From: Promethearchaeota archaeon | GTDB taxonomy: Archaea > Asgardarchaeota > Lokiarchaeia > Sigyniarchaeales > SOKP01 | Assembly: GCA_019894975.1 (NCBI GenBank) | Contig: JAGXNO010000008.1 | Coordinates: 28,898 to 92,897, forward strand | Length of the DNA stretch: 64,000 nucleotides | Direction of reading: 5' to 3' | In this document: positions 1 to 10,336 of the stretch, in pieces | How the letters are laid out: each line of letters starts with the position of its first letter | How positions within the stretch are numbered: position 1 is the stretch's first letter | Program-made: the position numbers and the translations under genes | Notes under the pieces: generated by a model | The model's database searches: none | Told to the model about the DNA's origin: nothing | What the model saw: only the letters and a program-made list of their open reading frames with translations

Positions 1-1058
1 TTGGTGCCACTAGCTATGATATTGAAGACTCTGCTACAGCCTTACAATTAAAAGAAGCTTTAAATTATATTAGAAGTGCTTTATTAGAACTACTGATGAC
101 TCTGATTAAATTAACAGAGGAAAAAAAAGATCTGGTATGTATTGGGAGAACACATGGACAACATGCAATTCCTACAACATTTGGGATGAGATTTGGGGTA
201 TGGGCTTATGAAATAGATAGGCATCTCGATCGGATATCCGAAGTTCTAGAACGCATATCTTTTGGGAAAATGTCTGGTGCTGTCGGTACGATGGCAGGTT
301 TTGAAGATAAGGGGATGGAGATACAAAAACGTGTAATGGAGAAGCTCAATTTAAGTCCAGTTCTAATCGCCAACCAAGTAGTACAGAGAGATCGTCATGC
401 TGAAGTTATCTTTTTGACTTCATTAATAGGTCAGACCTTAGCAAAAATCGCAAGAGAAAATCGAGTTCTTCAACGAACTGAAATAGCTGAGATGTTTGAA
501 CCATTCAAAAAATCACAGGTGGGAAGTAGTACTATGCCGCATAAAAGAAATCCCCACAAGTCTGAAAGAATTTGCAGCTTAGCAAGAATACTTAAATCAA
601 ATGTTATACCTGCTTTAGATAATATCGTTTTAGAAGATGAAAGAGACATGACTAACTCTGCCTCTGAAAGAATAATTTTTGGAGAAAATTTTGTTATATT
701 GGATTATATGATCAAAGGATTATTGAAAAATCTTCAAGGAATTAAATTTGACACAGTAAAAATTGAAGAAAATTTAAACCTTACAAAAGGTGCATGTTTA
801 ACTGAAAAAGTAATGGTTCAGCTTGTTAATAAAGGAATTGGGAGACAAGAGGGACATGAATTATTAAGACAATCAGCTATATTAGCCCGTAAAGAGAACC
901 GTTATATGAAAGATATTCTGTTTGAAAATAATAAAATTACTAATCTATTCTCAAAAGAAGAGGTAACTGAATTATTTGATCCACATAAATATATAGGAAA
1001 AGCAGTTGATCAAGTAGAGAATTTAGTTAAATTTCTTAAAAATAAATATAACTGCTAG
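1..1058 (+). CDS. purB: adenylosuccinate lyase (5' end lies outside the window)
   Basis: Frame is open from the window edge (GATSYDIED motif at nt 3 onward); GRTHGQHA, GAVGT and the fumarase-family signature GSSTMPHKRNP. Confidence 0.95.
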   Translation, partial: GATSYDIEDSATALQLKEALNYIRSALLELLMTLIKLTEEKKDLVCIGRTHGQHAIPTTFGMRFGVWAYEIDRHLDRISEVLERISFGKMSGAVGTMAGFEDKGMEIQKRVMEKLNLSPVLIANQVVQRDRHAEVIFLTSLIGQTLAKIARENRVLQRTEIAEMFEPFKKSQVGSSTMPHKRNPHKSERICSLARILKSNVIPALDNIVLEDERDMTNSASERIIFGENFVILDYMIKGLLKNLQGIKFDTVKIEENLNLTKGACLTEKVMVQLVNKGIGRQEGHELLRQSAILARKENRYMKDILFENNKITNLFSKEEVTELFDPHKYIGKAVDQVENLVKFLKNKYNC

Positions 1059-1067
1059 CTAACAAAA

Positions 1068-2249
1068 ATGGCTGATAATAAAAATATTTATTCCAAATTA
1101 GGTGTTTCTTCTAAAAAAGAAGATGTTCATAAAGCGATTGAAAAATTGGATAAAGGTCTCTTCCCTGGTTCATTTTGTAAAATTGTAAAAGATGTAAACA
1201 ATCGTAAGGATTATTGCTCTGTTTTCCATGCTGATGGCGCAGGAACGAAATCAAGTTTAGCTTATATGTACTATAAGGAGATTGGGGATATCGATGTTTT
1301 TAGAGGTGTTGTAAGAGATGCTATTATCATGAATGTCGATGATATTTTATGCGTTGGTGCGACTGATAACATGTTTCTATCTAATAACATCGGAAGAAAT
1401 AGTAATAATATCTCAGGAGATATCCTCGCTACAATTATAGATGAATATTATTCATATAGTAACAAGTTAACGGAACTTGGTTTGAATGTAATTATGTGTG
1501 GAGGAGAAACCGCTGATGTTGGGGATGTAGTAAAAACAGTCCTCCTAGATGCATCTGTATTCACCAGCATGAAGAGAGCGGAAGTCATAAACGCGGAAGA
1601 CATTCAGAATGATGATGTAATTATAGGACTTGCTAGTTCTGGTAAAGCAATATATGAGGAAGAATATAATAGTGGAATCGGTAGTAATGGATTAACACTA
1701 GCAAGGCATGGTATCCTCTCTCATGATTATTATAACAAATATCCTGAATGTTATGATCACAGTATAGATGAGGAACTACTATTTTTTGGTAAATATCATC
1801 TTACAGATCCTTTAAAAGGTCTTAATTTAACAGTTGGGAAGGCTTTATTATCACCTACAAGAACATATAGCCCCATTTTAATAGAAGTTTTAAATAAGTA
1901 CAGGTCAAAGATACATGGAATAATCCATAATACAGGAGGAGGTCAAACCAAGAATCTAAATTATGGTAGAAGTATTAAATATATCAAAAATAATCTATTC
2001 TCTTTACCACAAATATTTGAACTTATTCAAAATTCATCAGAAATTCAATGGAAAGAAATGTTTAGTGTTTTTAATATGGGGCATAGAATGGAATTGTATT
2101 GTGAAGAAGGAGTTGCAAAAGAGATAATCAAGATTGCTACAAAGTATAACGTCGAATCTAAAATTATTGGACATTGTGAGAAATCACCCGATAAGAATAA
2201 AAATGTTGTCGAGATTAATTCTGAATTTGGTTCTTTCAATTATAGATAA
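1068..2249 (+). CDS. purM: phosphoribosylformylglycinamidine cyclo-ligase (AIR synthase), long form
   Basis: DGAGTK, MNVDD, GGETAD, GLASSG, SNGLTLAR, LLSPTR, HNTGGG and FNMG motifs; follows purB. Confidence 0.9.
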   Translation: MADNKNIYSKLGVSSKKEDVHKAIEKLDKGLFPGSFCKIVKDVNNRKDYCSVFHADGAGTKSSLAYMYYKEIGDIDVFRGVVRDAIIMNVDDILCVGATDNMFLSNNIGRNSNNISGDILATIIDEYYSYSNKLTELGLNVIMCGGETADVGDVVKTVLLDASVFTSMKRAEVINAEDIQNDDVIIGLASSGKAIYEEEYNSGIGSNGLTLARHGILSHDYYNKYPECYDHSIDEELLFFGKYHLTDPLKGLNLTVGKALLSPTRTYSPILIEVLNKYRSKIHGIIHNTGGGQTKNLNYGRSIKYIKNNLFSLPQIFELIQNSSEIQWKEMFSVFNMGHRMELYCEEGVAKEIIKIATKYNVESKIIGHCEKSPDKNKNVVEINSEFGSFNYR

Positions 2250-2260
2250 AACGAATAGAG

Positions 2261-3211
2261 TTGATGAAAATTTTTGATGTTATTTGTATTGGAGCCGCTC
2301 TTGTTGATATGGTTGCTCGAGTTGAGAGGTATCCTGAACAGGACGACGAAGTTTTTGTTTCCAATTTAACCTTATTTTCTGGAGGAGCTGCTGCTAATAC
2401 GGTTTATGCATGTGCAAAATTAGGACTTAAAACTGCATTCATTGGGAAATTGGGGAGAAATGATGTATTTGGATCAAAAATCTTAAATGATTTTAATGAA
2501 GTAAACGTTGAAACTAAATTTCTAAAATATTCAGATGAGTTTAACACCGGTTCTGCCTACGTTGCATTAAGTAAAGAAGGAGAAAGGAAAATTTACGCAT
2601 ATAGTGGGGCTGCGAATTATCTTTCGAAGGCAGATATAATCGAAGAGGAGGTATCTCAGACCAATCTTCTTTATTTAAGCAGTTTAAAAAATATGGAACC
2701 TTTTATCCAAGCTGCTGTAATTGGGAGAAAACGTAAGATCCCTATTATTTTAAATCCAGGAATGTTGATTGTTGAGCAAGGATTAGCTAAAATTGAGAGT
2801 CTTTTGAGAAAAATAGACGTTTTAATAATATCCCAAAGAGAATTTACTGTGCTTAACGGTTTCGAACAAGAAAAAATAGATCTTGAAAGGTTTAAAAAAG
2901 AATCATATAAAATTTTTTCTTTTGGAGTAAGGGTTCTTATTATAACGATGGGTAAGAAAGGAGCTTTAATACTAACACAGAATAATGCCCAAGTTGTTCC
3001 ACCCATAGAAACGGATAATGTTGTCGACACTACAGGGGCAGGAGACGCCTTTTCTGCGGGTTTCATATATGGATTTATTCAAAATTCAAGCTTTAAATTT
3101 GAAGATCTTACAAATAATGTTAGGATTGGGAATTTTATAGCGGGTAAATGCATTGAGAAGTTAGGCGCAAGAAATGGAATACCGGAAAAGGGAGACATTG
3201 AATTAGAATAA
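2261..3211 (+). CDS. PfkB/ribokinase-family carbohydrate or nucleoside kinase
   Basis: GGAAAN, GxDxFG and DTTGAGDAF signatures. Confidence 0.9.
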   Translation: MMKIFDVICIGAALVDMVARVERYPEQDDEVFVSNLTLFSGGAAANTVYACAKLGLKTAFIGKLGRNDVFGSKILNDFNEVNVETKFLKYSDEFNTGSAYVALSKEGERKIYAYSGAANYLSKADIIEEEVSQTNLLYLSSLKNMEPFIQAAVIGRKRKIPIILNPGMLIVEQGLAKIESLLRKIDVLIISQREFTVLNGFEQEKIDLERFKKESYKIFSFGVRVLIITMGKKGALILTQNNAQVVPPIETDNVVDTTGAGDAFSAGFIYGFIQNSSFKFEDLTNNVRIGNFIAGKCIEKLGARNGIPEKGDIELE

Positions 3212-3283
3212 TTAATGGGAGTAATCAAAAAGTTTTTAATTTTTCAAATCAATAATTTTTTATCTTAAAGTGAGTGAATAGCT

Positions 3284-4357
3284 ATGTTTTATCCAAAAGC
3301 AAAGAAAAATACTGCAAAAAGGAGGTTTTCTTTTTTTCTTTATGATGTTGCATTAGTATTTGTTTTCTTATTCGTCCTTCTTATAATACCTTTATTTATT
3401 ATACCGTTAGTTGTTGAGGAAGTATCTGCTTTATACGGAGTTATTTTCTACGCTGTGAGGGCAGTTATGGTTTTAGTGGGTATTCCCGCTATATTATATT
3501 TAACTAATCTAATATTCGAGTTTCAGAAAAAAAAAGTTATCATTCATGAGGATATATCTCCCGCAACAAGTCATCTAAAGTTATTTACAATCAGTAAAAA
3601 AAATTATAAATATCAGATTCTATACGGATTCTTAATTTTCTTTTTAGTTTTCCTCCCCATAGATTTCTTTACCTTCTTACTTCTTCCTGATACAGTCGTT
3701 TACCAAGCATTGGTTCTTGGAGTGAGATCTACTAATATCTATTTATCTCCTCTAACAGATAGTTACTTAGTCTTTTTAATTTCTGCAATTGCAATTCAAA
3801 TATCTGTTGCCGTGACCGAAGAAACAATTGCGAGAGGGTTTTTAGCGAAACGAGGAAGCGAATATTTCCCTAAAATGTCAGCAGTTATGATATCATCACT
3901 TTATTTTGGATTAGGTCATTTAGCATACATTCTTGATCTTTATTCATGGTATCCTGTTCTCTGGTTTGTTCAAGCATTTATAATTGGTATTATCCTATCG
4001 TTATTTGTGTTAAGAAAAATGTGGATTCTTCCTGTAATATTGGCCCACACACTAAATAATATTGTCTCTGCGCATACAATTTGGAGTTTTTGGCACGGAA
4101 TCAGTTTTAAAATATTGGTATTTGTGATCTATATTCCTTTGTTCATTGTTGGTATTTTGTTTATTGTCGTTTGTGTATTATTAGTGTGGCCATTATCAAA
4201 TGTAAAACGGGGATTTTCAAATGGTTTTGAACTCTTTAGGTCCTATTTTAAGAAAGAGAAAGAAGAAAAATCTGTAGGAGATAGCTTATTCCGTGTGTTT
4301 TTTGATATTTTAATTGGCTGTCTAATTTTCCTTATGGGGATGTTAATTGCCATTTAA
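3284..4357 (+). CDS. CPBP (Abi/Rce1, type II CAAX protease-like) intramembrane glutamic endopeptidase
   Basis: Multiple hydrophobic helices with EExxxRG (EETIARG), FxxxH (FGLGH) and HxxxN (HTLNN). Confidence 0.85.
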   Translation: MFYPKAKKNTAKRRFSFFLYDVALVFVFLFVLLIIPLFIIPLVVEEVSALYGVIFYAVRAVMVLVGIPAILYLTNLIFEFQKKKVIIHEDISPATSHLKLFTISKKNYKYQILYGFLIFFLVFLPIDFFTFLLLPDTVVYQALVLGVRSTNIYLSPLTDSYLVFLISAIAIQISVAVTEETIARGFLAKRGSEYFPKMSAVMISSLYFGLGHLAYILDLYSWYPVLWFVQAFIIGIILSLFVLRKMWILPVILAHTLNNIVSAHTIWSFWHGISFKILVFVIYIPLFIVGILFIVVCVLLVWPLSNVKRGFSNGFELFRSYFKKEKEEKSVGDSLFRVFFDILIGCLIFLMGMLIAI

Positions 4358-4372
4358 AGGAGTGTCGTTTTA

Positions 4373-4891
4373 ATGAAGTTAGGAATAATTTCTGACACTC
4401 ATATAACCTCTATTACCAAGAAGGATCAAGTTGATTCTCTTATCAATCAAATAAAGAATGTATTCAAAGATGTCGATAAAATTATCCATGCTGGAGATGT
4501 CAGTGAACTTTTTTTTTTAAGAGAGCTTGAAAGTATTGCTCCTGTGACTGCTGTAAAAGGAGATGTTGAAGATATCGAAACCTTGCCACAATATGCAAAT
4601 ATTTCCGTTGGTCAGTATAATATTGGAATAATCCATATATTACCAGAAAATCTTGAAGAATTCATGAAAAATAATAATCTACAGATTCTTATTAATGGAC
4701 ACACTCATATCCCTCTTATAAAAGGTACCGAGTTTAATACTCTCCTATTAAATCCGGGTTCCCCTACAAAACCAAACGTACCCCCTCAAAAGCCAGGATT
4801 CCTCAAGCCTGTAGCAAGACCTACGGTTATAACATTAAATGTTGATGAGAATGATATTTTATCTACCTTTATTATAACCCTAAAGCTTTAA
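4373..4891 (+). CDS. YfcE/MJ0936/Vps29-family metallophosphoesterase
   Basis: SDTH, HAGD, GHTH and NPGS motifs; 172 aa. Confidence 0.85.
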   Translation: MKLGIISDTHITSITKKDQVDSLINQIKNVFKDVDKIIHAGDVSELFFLRELESIAPVTAVKGDVEDIETLPQYANISVGQYNIGIIHILPENLEEFMKNNNLQILINGHTHIPLIKGTEFNTLLLNPGSPTKPNVPPQKPGFLKPVARPTVITLNVDENDILSTFIITLKL

Positions 4892-5106
4892 GGAATATTG
4901 TCATTAGTAAGTTTCATCAAATTATTTAATACATTTGTAGAAATAAGATAGGAAAGTAAATGTAATTTGAATTAACAGAATTATGATAATTCAAATAATT
5001 TTAAATATTATTTAATTCATATTAATTATACATAGAAAGTTTATGCGTAAGTGTTAGATTTAGATAATTATTACTCTATTATTACTAAAAAATTAAGTAT
5101 TTAGGG

Positions 5107-5517
5107 GTGTTCGTTAAATTGGTAAGTAAACTCGGTTTAGTACTAAAAGAACTTAATGAAAATGGAAATTTTCGTGCTTCACTTTTTGCTACATCAGCAG
5201 GTCTAGTACTTGCCTCCCAAAAAGAAGAAAAAATAGATGAACGCGTAGTTGCCGCTATGGGGTCTTTATTAAGTGATGCTGCATATAAGGCTGCAGAGGA
5301 AATGGACTTAACTGAAGTAACAAGTATGAAAATTAAATACAAAGATGACTATATAATAATGAGAAACATCATTATGGGTGAAGATAAAACTCAATTTCTT
5401 TTAGCGATTCTAACGAAACTCCCTGAAAGCGAAGAAATTGAAAAATATATTGATCAATTACTAGATTGGGCAGAAGAAAATAGTAAAGGAGACCTGGAAA
5501 AACTCTCTTCGCTTTAA
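5107..5517 (+). CDS. roadblock/LC7 (MglB-like) domain protein; start may be the TTG at 5119
   Basis: Length and pattern typical of the family: ASLFATSAGLVLAS ... ERVVAAMGSLL, then beta-strands and a C-terminal helix. Confidence 0.8.
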   Translation: MFVKLVSKLGLVLKELNENGNFRASLFATSAGLVLASQKEEKIDERVVAAMGSLLSDAAYKAAEEMDLTEVTSMKIKYKDDYIIMRNIIMGEDKTQFLLAILTKLPESEEIEKYIDQLLDWAEENSKGDLEKLSSL

Positions 5518-5538
5518 TATTATCCCTATCTTTATTAT

Positions 5539-6165
5539 TTAGAAGTTACCTAAAAATTTCAATACTTCCGTAGCAACTTGCTCTTCATAACCCCCGTAAA
5601 AATGGTCTGTATCAAGGATAAGACTTGTTTTTGGATCCGAATAAGATTCATAATTCTCTAGAAATTGGTCAAATTGAGCTACTTGATCCCTGTTTCCTTG
5701 AATAAATAATTTAGGCTTAGAAGTTTGAGAATTTTGCTTATAGTTCTCCATAAATCCCCACGGAAAGGCTATAGAGATGAATCCAATTATTTTATCTGAA
5801 TAGTTCACTGTTGAACATCCTATCGCTGCCCCATATGAATATCCACATACTACTATTCTCTCAAAACCTTCTTTTATTAAAAAATCAATGCAAGCATGAA
5901 CGTCACTCACTTCTCCTGTCCCATTTGAATGAGAACCTGTAGAACTTCCAACACCTCTAAAATTGAACCTTAAACAGGAACAATCATGTTCTATTAACTT
6001 TTTAAATACTCCGGAGACAACATTATTATACATGTTACCCCCATATTGAGGATGGGGATGACATATTAATGTAATAGGTTTAATTTTACCTAAACTCGAT
6101 TGGAAAGATTCTGCTTCTAGTTTATTTTCATCATTAGGTATGAAAAATTTATCAACAGCTACCAT
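5539..6165 (-). CDS. alpha/beta-fold hydrolase
   Basis: HPHPxYGGNM, RFNFRGVG, GYSYG nucleophile elbow, GxxD and DHF. Confidence 0.9.
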   Translation of the reverse strand: MVAVDKFFIPNDENKLEAESFQSSLGKIKPITLICHPHPQYGGNMYNNVVSGVFKKLIEHDCSCLRFNFRGVGSSTGSHSNGTGEVSDVHACIDFLIKEGFERIVVCGYSYGAAIGCSTVNYSDKIIGFISIAFPWGFMENYKQNSQTSKPKLFIQGNRDQVAQFDQFLENYESYSDPKTSLILDTDHFYGGYEEQVATEVLKFLGNF

Positions 6166-6227
6166 ATAGTTTATTTAATTTAAAAATTAAATAAACTTGA
6201 TCAATGAATGTGCGAGATTTGTGAGAT

Positions 6228-7082
6228 ATGAGTCATTATAATCGGTTAATTATTCAAAAAAAACTTAAAGAATTTATTGAGGAGGATTGTAATTTTGCAG
6301 ATGTCTCCTCAAGTGTCATACCTGAAAATGCTGAAACAACAGCAAAAATTATTACCAAAAGTGCAGGGTACATTTCAGGATTAAAAGAAATAGAAATATT
6401 ATTTGACATATTAAATGTCTCTACAGTTTTTAAAAAAAAAGAGGGAGAAGAATTTAAGGAGGGGGATTTGATAACTGAATTACATGGAAAAACTAGAGAT
6501 ATTTTACTAGGAGAAAGAGTCGGACTTAATCTTTTAACTCATATGAGTGCAATAACCTCAACAACTAAAAAGTTCGTGGAAATTATAAAAAATGCCGGGA
6601 AAAATGTAAAAATTGCGTGTACACGGAAAACTACACCAGGATTACGAATTTTTGAAAAAAAAGCGGTTGAAATTGGGGGAGGAGATCCACATAGGTTTTC
6701 CTTGGATGAGGTTCTACTAAAAGATACTCACTTAAGGTTTTATAAAGGAGATATTGAAAAATTACTAGGAGATATTAAGAAAAAGGTAAGCTTCACTAAA
6801 AAAATTGAACTCGAGATTGAAGAAATAGGAGATGTCTTAATCGCTGCAAAAAATGGAGCAGATATTATTATGCTTGATAATTTTACTCCTGATCAAGTAG
6901 AGGATGCTATCAATTTATTAAAGCAAAATAACCTTCGTGAAAAGATTATTATTGAAGTTTCTGGGGGAATAACTCCAGAAAATCTTGTAGATTATTTACT
7001 TTCAGATCCTGATGTTATTAGTTCAGGCCAAATAACTCAATTTCCATCCGAACAGGTAGATTTTTCACTCCGATTTGATTGA
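6228..7082 (+). CDS. nadC: nicotinate-nucleotide diphosphorylase (quinolinate phosphoribosyltransferase)
   Basis: TRKTTPG, HRxxL, LKDxH, IMLDN and EVSGGI motifs. Confidence 0.93.
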   Translation: MSHYNRLIIQKKLKEFIEEDCNFADVSSSVIPENAETTAKIITKSAGYISGLKEIEILFDILNVSTVFKKKEGEEFKEGDLITELHGKTRDILLGERVGLNLLTHMSAITSTTKKFVEIIKNAGKNVKIACTRKTTPGLRIFEKKAVEIGGGDPHRFSLDEVLLKDTHLRFYKGDIEKLLGDIKKKVSFTKKIELEIEEIGDVLIAAKNGADIIMLDNFTPDQVEDAINLLKQNNLREKIIIEVSGGITPENLVDYLLSDPDVISSGQITQFPSEQVDFSLRFD

Positions 7083-7089
7083 AGGGGTA

Positions 7090-7482
7090 TTAATCGATAA
7101 TTATTTCACGAATAGAACAGATTACATCTTTAATTTTTGCTAATTCTCTATATAAGTCTTTAATTATCTCAACTTCGCCTACTAATAAAACTATTTCAAT
7201 TTTTTTCTCCACTATCCGCCAATCTGTTATAGTTTTTATAATTTGGTGAAATCGTGAATATAAATCTGAAATTTGATTAATAGTAACCTCCTTGAAGGGA
7301 TAAACAAGACTTATCGTCATTATTTTATATCCTTCTAAATTATCAAAATTTTCATTTTTTTCAATAAAATTAACAATTGAATCCCTCAAAGCTTCACTTT
7401 TAGAATTAAAACCACTTTGATTTCTAACTTTTTCAAATCTCTCTAATAAATCATCACTAATTTGCAATGAAATGATTGGCAT
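7090..7482 (-). CDS. NikR/CopG-like regulator (ribbon-helix-helix plus C-terminal ACT-like domain)
   Basis: N-terminal IISLQISDDLL...SKSEALRD RHH pattern; the NikR nickel-binding His residues are not evident. Confidence 0.75.
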   Translation of the reverse strand: MPIISLQISDDLLERFEKVRNQSGFNSKSEALRDSIVNFIEKNENFDNLEGYKIMTISLVYPFKEVTINQISDLYSRFHQIIKTITDWRIVEKKIEIVLLVGEVEIIKDLYRELAKIKDVICSIREIIID

Positions 7483-7533
7483 GATAAGATCACTAAAATA
7501 ATATTAAATATAATTTTTTTACTTATTTCTATT

Positions 7534-8364
7534 TTAGAGAAATTTGTTTATAAAATTAATACTCTGAGCTAGATCTTTTGCGGTAGATAATTCAATAATA
7601 ATTGGTCCTTGATAATTATGATTATTCATAACTTGAAAGATTTCATGAAAATTCACTTTTCCCGTTCCTAACGGTGGATGAGTGTCTGAATCTTTACTGA
7701 AATTATCGACAATATGAACATTTTTAATTATTTTATCGAAATAATCCCATAATTTATTAATGTCCCCGTCACAGGTATAAAAGTGGCTTGTATCATACGT
7801 AATATAAAGATCTTTGCGATTAATTTTGGAAAGCGTATTTTTTATGTCATTTTCATCAAGCATTATATGGCAATTTTTGGGCATATTTTCCAAACAAATC
7901 CTCACATCTGAGGTATTCATTGAACTTAACAACTTTTGAATTGATTGGGCTAATTTATTTTTATTATACTCTCTAATTGAATTTATTAGAAAGTTCGCTA
8001 GTCCCGGATGAATAGTCAGTAGATTGACACCAATTTCCCTACAAATTTTTATGGTTTTTAAATAAGACTCAACTGATGCGTTAGAAATGATATCATTATG
8101 TGTACACAGATTTACATCGATAAAAGGCCCATGAATCTGTTTTTTTAGTGAAAAGGAGTTAACAAGGTTTATGAACCGGGTTTTATGTTCTTCTTTAATA
8201 ACTTCGGGGGGATCAAGAACTAACTCAACAGTTTCTATATTATTATTTTCAGCAAAAATAAGACAATCCTCAGAAGCCTTGAGTACTAAATCGGCTAGGT
8301 CTTCATACTTATTAGAAAGTCCGTATTCAATAATAAATCCTAAAGAACTTATTCCTAATTCCAT
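7534..8364 (-). CDS. sugar phosphate isomerase/epimerase (xylose isomerase-like/AP endonuclease 2 TIM barrel)
   Basis: HGPF, HPG, LENM, DTSH, HIVDN, DTHxPLGxG and IIE motifs. Confidence 0.85.
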   Translation of the reverse strand: MELGISSLGFIIEYGLSNKYEDLADLVLKASEDCLIFAENNNIETVELVLDPPEVIKEEHKTRFINLVNSFSLKKQIHGPFIDVNLCTHNDIISNASVESYLKTIKICREIGVNLLTIHPGLANFLINSIREYNKNKLAQSIQKLLSSMNTSDVRICLENMPKNCHIMLDENDIKNTLSKINRKDLYITYDTSHFYTCDGDINKLWDYFDKIIKNVHIVDNFSKDSDTHPPLGTGKVNFHEIFQVMNNHNYQGPIIIELSTAKDLAQSINFINKFL

Positions 8365-8381
8365 GATTCTACACCGTATTT

Positions 8382-9071
8382 TTATATATTATTCTTTTTT
8401 TCCCGCATGCTGCGAGGGTAATTCGCAAATAAGCTTTGATATAATTTTTCAAATCTACCAAGATGTTCATTTGAGATAATTTCTGGTTCTCCTATTTGTA
8501 AAGCACCCCAGTATATTTTAGCTAATTTTTCTACTAATTCTGCAAATTTAATGGCATGATCAATTGATTTACCACAGACTATAACACCATGGCTAGCCAA
8601 TAAAGCAGCATTTTTCATACCGAGTGCATTGAGTGCTACTTGTCCGATTTCTTCTGTATGAGCTTCTCCAAAGGCTGATATGTCAATTGTTCCCCCTAAG
8701 AAAATATACATCTCTTCCATTATAATGGGTATATTTTTCCGAATTGTCGAGAACATAGATGCAAAAGTTGAATGGGTATGTATTACCGACTGGACTTTTG
8801 GTCGGGATTTATAAATCGCAATATGCATTTTTGCTTCTGTGGAGGGTAATTTTCCAGCGCTTAATGGGTTTCCTTCGAAGTCTAAATGTACGATTTCCTC
8901 CTTTTTGAGTGTAGAATATTGGTTAAATGAGGGTGTAATAAAAAATTCTTCTTTCTTACCATTTCGAATACTAACATTACCCTCACCTGTTTCTACTAAT
9001 CCTTTAGAGAAAATAGCTTTTGCTCCTTCGACTACGTCTACTCGAAGCTCATCTTCTTTTGTCAATGACAT
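8382..9071 (-). CDS. class II aldolase/adducin family protein (FucA-like)
   Basis: GNVS, ITPS, PSTExxMH, HTHS and SHG zinc-binding motifs. Confidence 0.9.
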   Translation of the reverse strand: MSLTKEDELRVDVVEGAKAIFSKGLVETGEGNVSIRNGKKEEFFITPSFNQYSTLKKEEIVHLDFEGNPLSAGKLPSTEAKMHIAIYKSRPKVQSVIHTHSTFASMFSTIRKNIPIIMEEMYIFLGGTIDISAFGEAHTEEIGQVALNALGMKNAALLASHGVIVCGKSIDHAIKFAELVEKLAKIYWGALQIGEPEIISNEHLGRFEKLYQSLFANYPRSMREKKNNI

Positions 9072-9244
9072 AATTTAAATAATTAAGAATGGATTAAAAA
9101 CCTATTTCGAATTGAGAATAAATGCTAGAATCCAAAATAACGCTCTTCTATAAAAATTCAAAATACTCTATTCTTATATATAAAATCTAACGATATCAAA
9201 GATGTTAAAGAAATATATTAATTACAGATAAAACCTCTTAAAAT

Positions 9245-10336
9245 ATGAACCGACTGATACTCCATTGTGATTTAGATTGCTTTTTTGCTGCTGTAGAGAT
9301 AAGAGACAATCCCCAATATCAAAAAAAACCAGTGATTATAGGAGCGGATCCAAAAAATGGAAAAGGGAGAGGGGTCGTATCGACATGTTCTTATGAAGCA
9401 AGAGAATTTGGTCTTCATTCTGGAATGCCGATATCTCAAGCGTATCTCAGGTGTCCTCATGGTATCTATTTAAGACCAAATATCGAAAAGTATCATAAAG
9501 CCTCGAAAGAAGTAATGGAAATATTAAATAGTTATTCAAATGATTTCCAACAAATAGGAAGTGATGAGGCATATTTGGAACTTACAGAGATATGTAGTGA
9601 TTATAAGGAAGCCAAGGAAATTGCATTCCAAATTCAGAAAGAGGTTATGGAGTGTGTACGATTGACAATATCAATTGGGATAGCCCCAACAAAATCTCTT
9701 GCAAAAATTGCATCGGATTGCAATAAACCAAATGGTGTAAGTGTTTTTGAACCAAATAATTTTAAAGAATTACTAAAAGATATGGATATCACCCGTGTTC
9801 CCGGTATTGGTAAAAAAACAAAGGTCTATTTCTATAAGAAAGGGATTAGAACGATTGGTGATATCCTTAATCTTACGTTAGCGAAGATGGTTTCCTTATT
9901 TGGGGAACATGGTAAATGGATCTGGAATGTAGTAAATGGTTTTGATAATCGAAAAGTCAAGGAATTTCACGAAGGAAGGAAGTCTATCAGTGCAGAAAGA
10001 ACTTTTTTTGAAGATACAGATGATTTCAATTCAATTTTATCAAAATTGGAGGATATTAATGAAAGGATTCATAAATCAATTATGAAAAATCATATAACAT
10101 ACAAAACTGTTTCATTGAAAATAAGATTTGAAGGCTATCAAACATATACTCGTGCGAAAACCCTCCCTTTTCATATTCAAAACAAGCAAAGAGTAATCGA
10201 AGTGATTTTAGATTTAATGAAAGAATTTACGAAAAATATGAAGAAAGTAAGGTTGGTTGGGATTAAATTATCCAATTTGGAGAGAAATGGTAAAATTCGA
10301 CAGACTGGAATTCTGAATTATGCATATATTACCTAA
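9245..10336 (+). CDS. dinB: DNA polymerase IV (Y family)
   Basis: HCDLDCFFAAVE, SYEAR, SDEAYL, AKIASD and PGIGKKT; C-terminal PIP-like QTGILNY. Confidence 0.95.
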   Translation: MNRLILHCDLDCFFAAVEIRDNPQYQKKPVIIGADPKNGKGRGVVSTCSYEAREFGLHSGMPISQAYLRCPHGIYLRPNIEKYHKASKEVMEILNSYSNDFQQIGSDEAYLELTEICSDYKEAKEIAFQIQKEVMECVRLTISIGIAPTKSLAKIASDCNKPNGVSVFEPNNFKELLKDMDITRVPGIGKKTKVYFYKKGIRTIGDILNLTLAKMVSLFGEHGKWIWNVVNGFDNRKVKEFHEGRKSISAERTFFEDTDDFNSILSKLEDINERIHKSIMKNHITYKTVSLKIRFEGYQTYTRAKTLPFHIQNKQRVIEVILDLMKEFTKNMKKVRLVGIKLSNLERNGKIRQTGILNYAYIT

